Positions 63,698 to 64,000 of a DNA stretch of 64,000 nt are shown piece after piece. The stretch comes from Octopus sinensis (taxonomy: Eukaryota). A program made the translations under genes and the position numbers. The DNA lies in the NCBI RefSeq assembly GCF_006345805.1, contig NC_042997.1, positions 144,956,001 through 145,020,000 on the forward strand, in the 5' to 3' direction. The notes below the pieces were generated by a model. That model ran no database searches, had not been told where the DNA came from, and saw only the letters and a program-made list of their open reading frames with translations. The number at the start of each line of letters is the position of its first letter. Positions within the stretch are counted from its first letter, which is position 1.

Positions 63698-64000
63698 CTA
63701 TATATTGATAGACAGATAAATAGACAGACAGACAGGTATTTATATTTGGATAGCCTTCGGACAGTCCGACGTAAGACTGCAGGCCGTAACAGCGGAGTTA
63801 CTGTTAACCCACTTCTTGCAAAAGTATAATAAATACATACTCTACAAAAAGTATTAATTCTTCAGATTAATGTTAGATTGTTTTTATTATATGTCGACAT
63901 AAAGCAATCCTTAATACCTGAGCATGCGCAGACATACACGCACACACGCACACAATCACACACTCCCACACATACACACACATATACACACACAACATCT

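Overview
AT-rich, microsatellite-saturated eukaryotic non-coding DNA. The SINE families and simple-repeat density suggest an octopus (coleoid cephalopod) genome; this is an inference, not a database match. I found no recognisable host protein-coding exon, intact RNA gene or CRISPR array, and most of the ORF track is translated microsatellite. The window is a stack of mobile elements. Retroelements: three tRNA-derived SINE families, at least six R4/Dong-clade non-LTR fragments in (AAT)n arrays, a decayed Gypsy LTR element, Penelope-like elements (PLE) and a CR1 LINE. DNA elements: mariner, Tc1, maT-like and pogo-type elements, a MITE with 8-bp TSD and a non-autonomous Helitron. There is also a U6 pseudogene. 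The main unannotated signal is five sequence-unrelated type I hammerhead ribozyme motifs (1.6, 13.9, 39.7, 49.8 and 61.2 kb). All have a palindromic stem III and an unusually long stem/loop II (30-92 nt interior). Two of them independently carry a CCGA core instead of CUGA, and several ribozyme or pLTR segments sit in fold-back inverted repeats. Other highlights are an ORF1-only L1/Tx1-like retroelement with a 15-bp TSD inside a SINE head, a U6-SINE fusion, multimeric SINEs and tandem primer-binding-site repeats on Gypsy LTRs. All alignments and folds were done by eye; coordinates of decayed elements are approximate.
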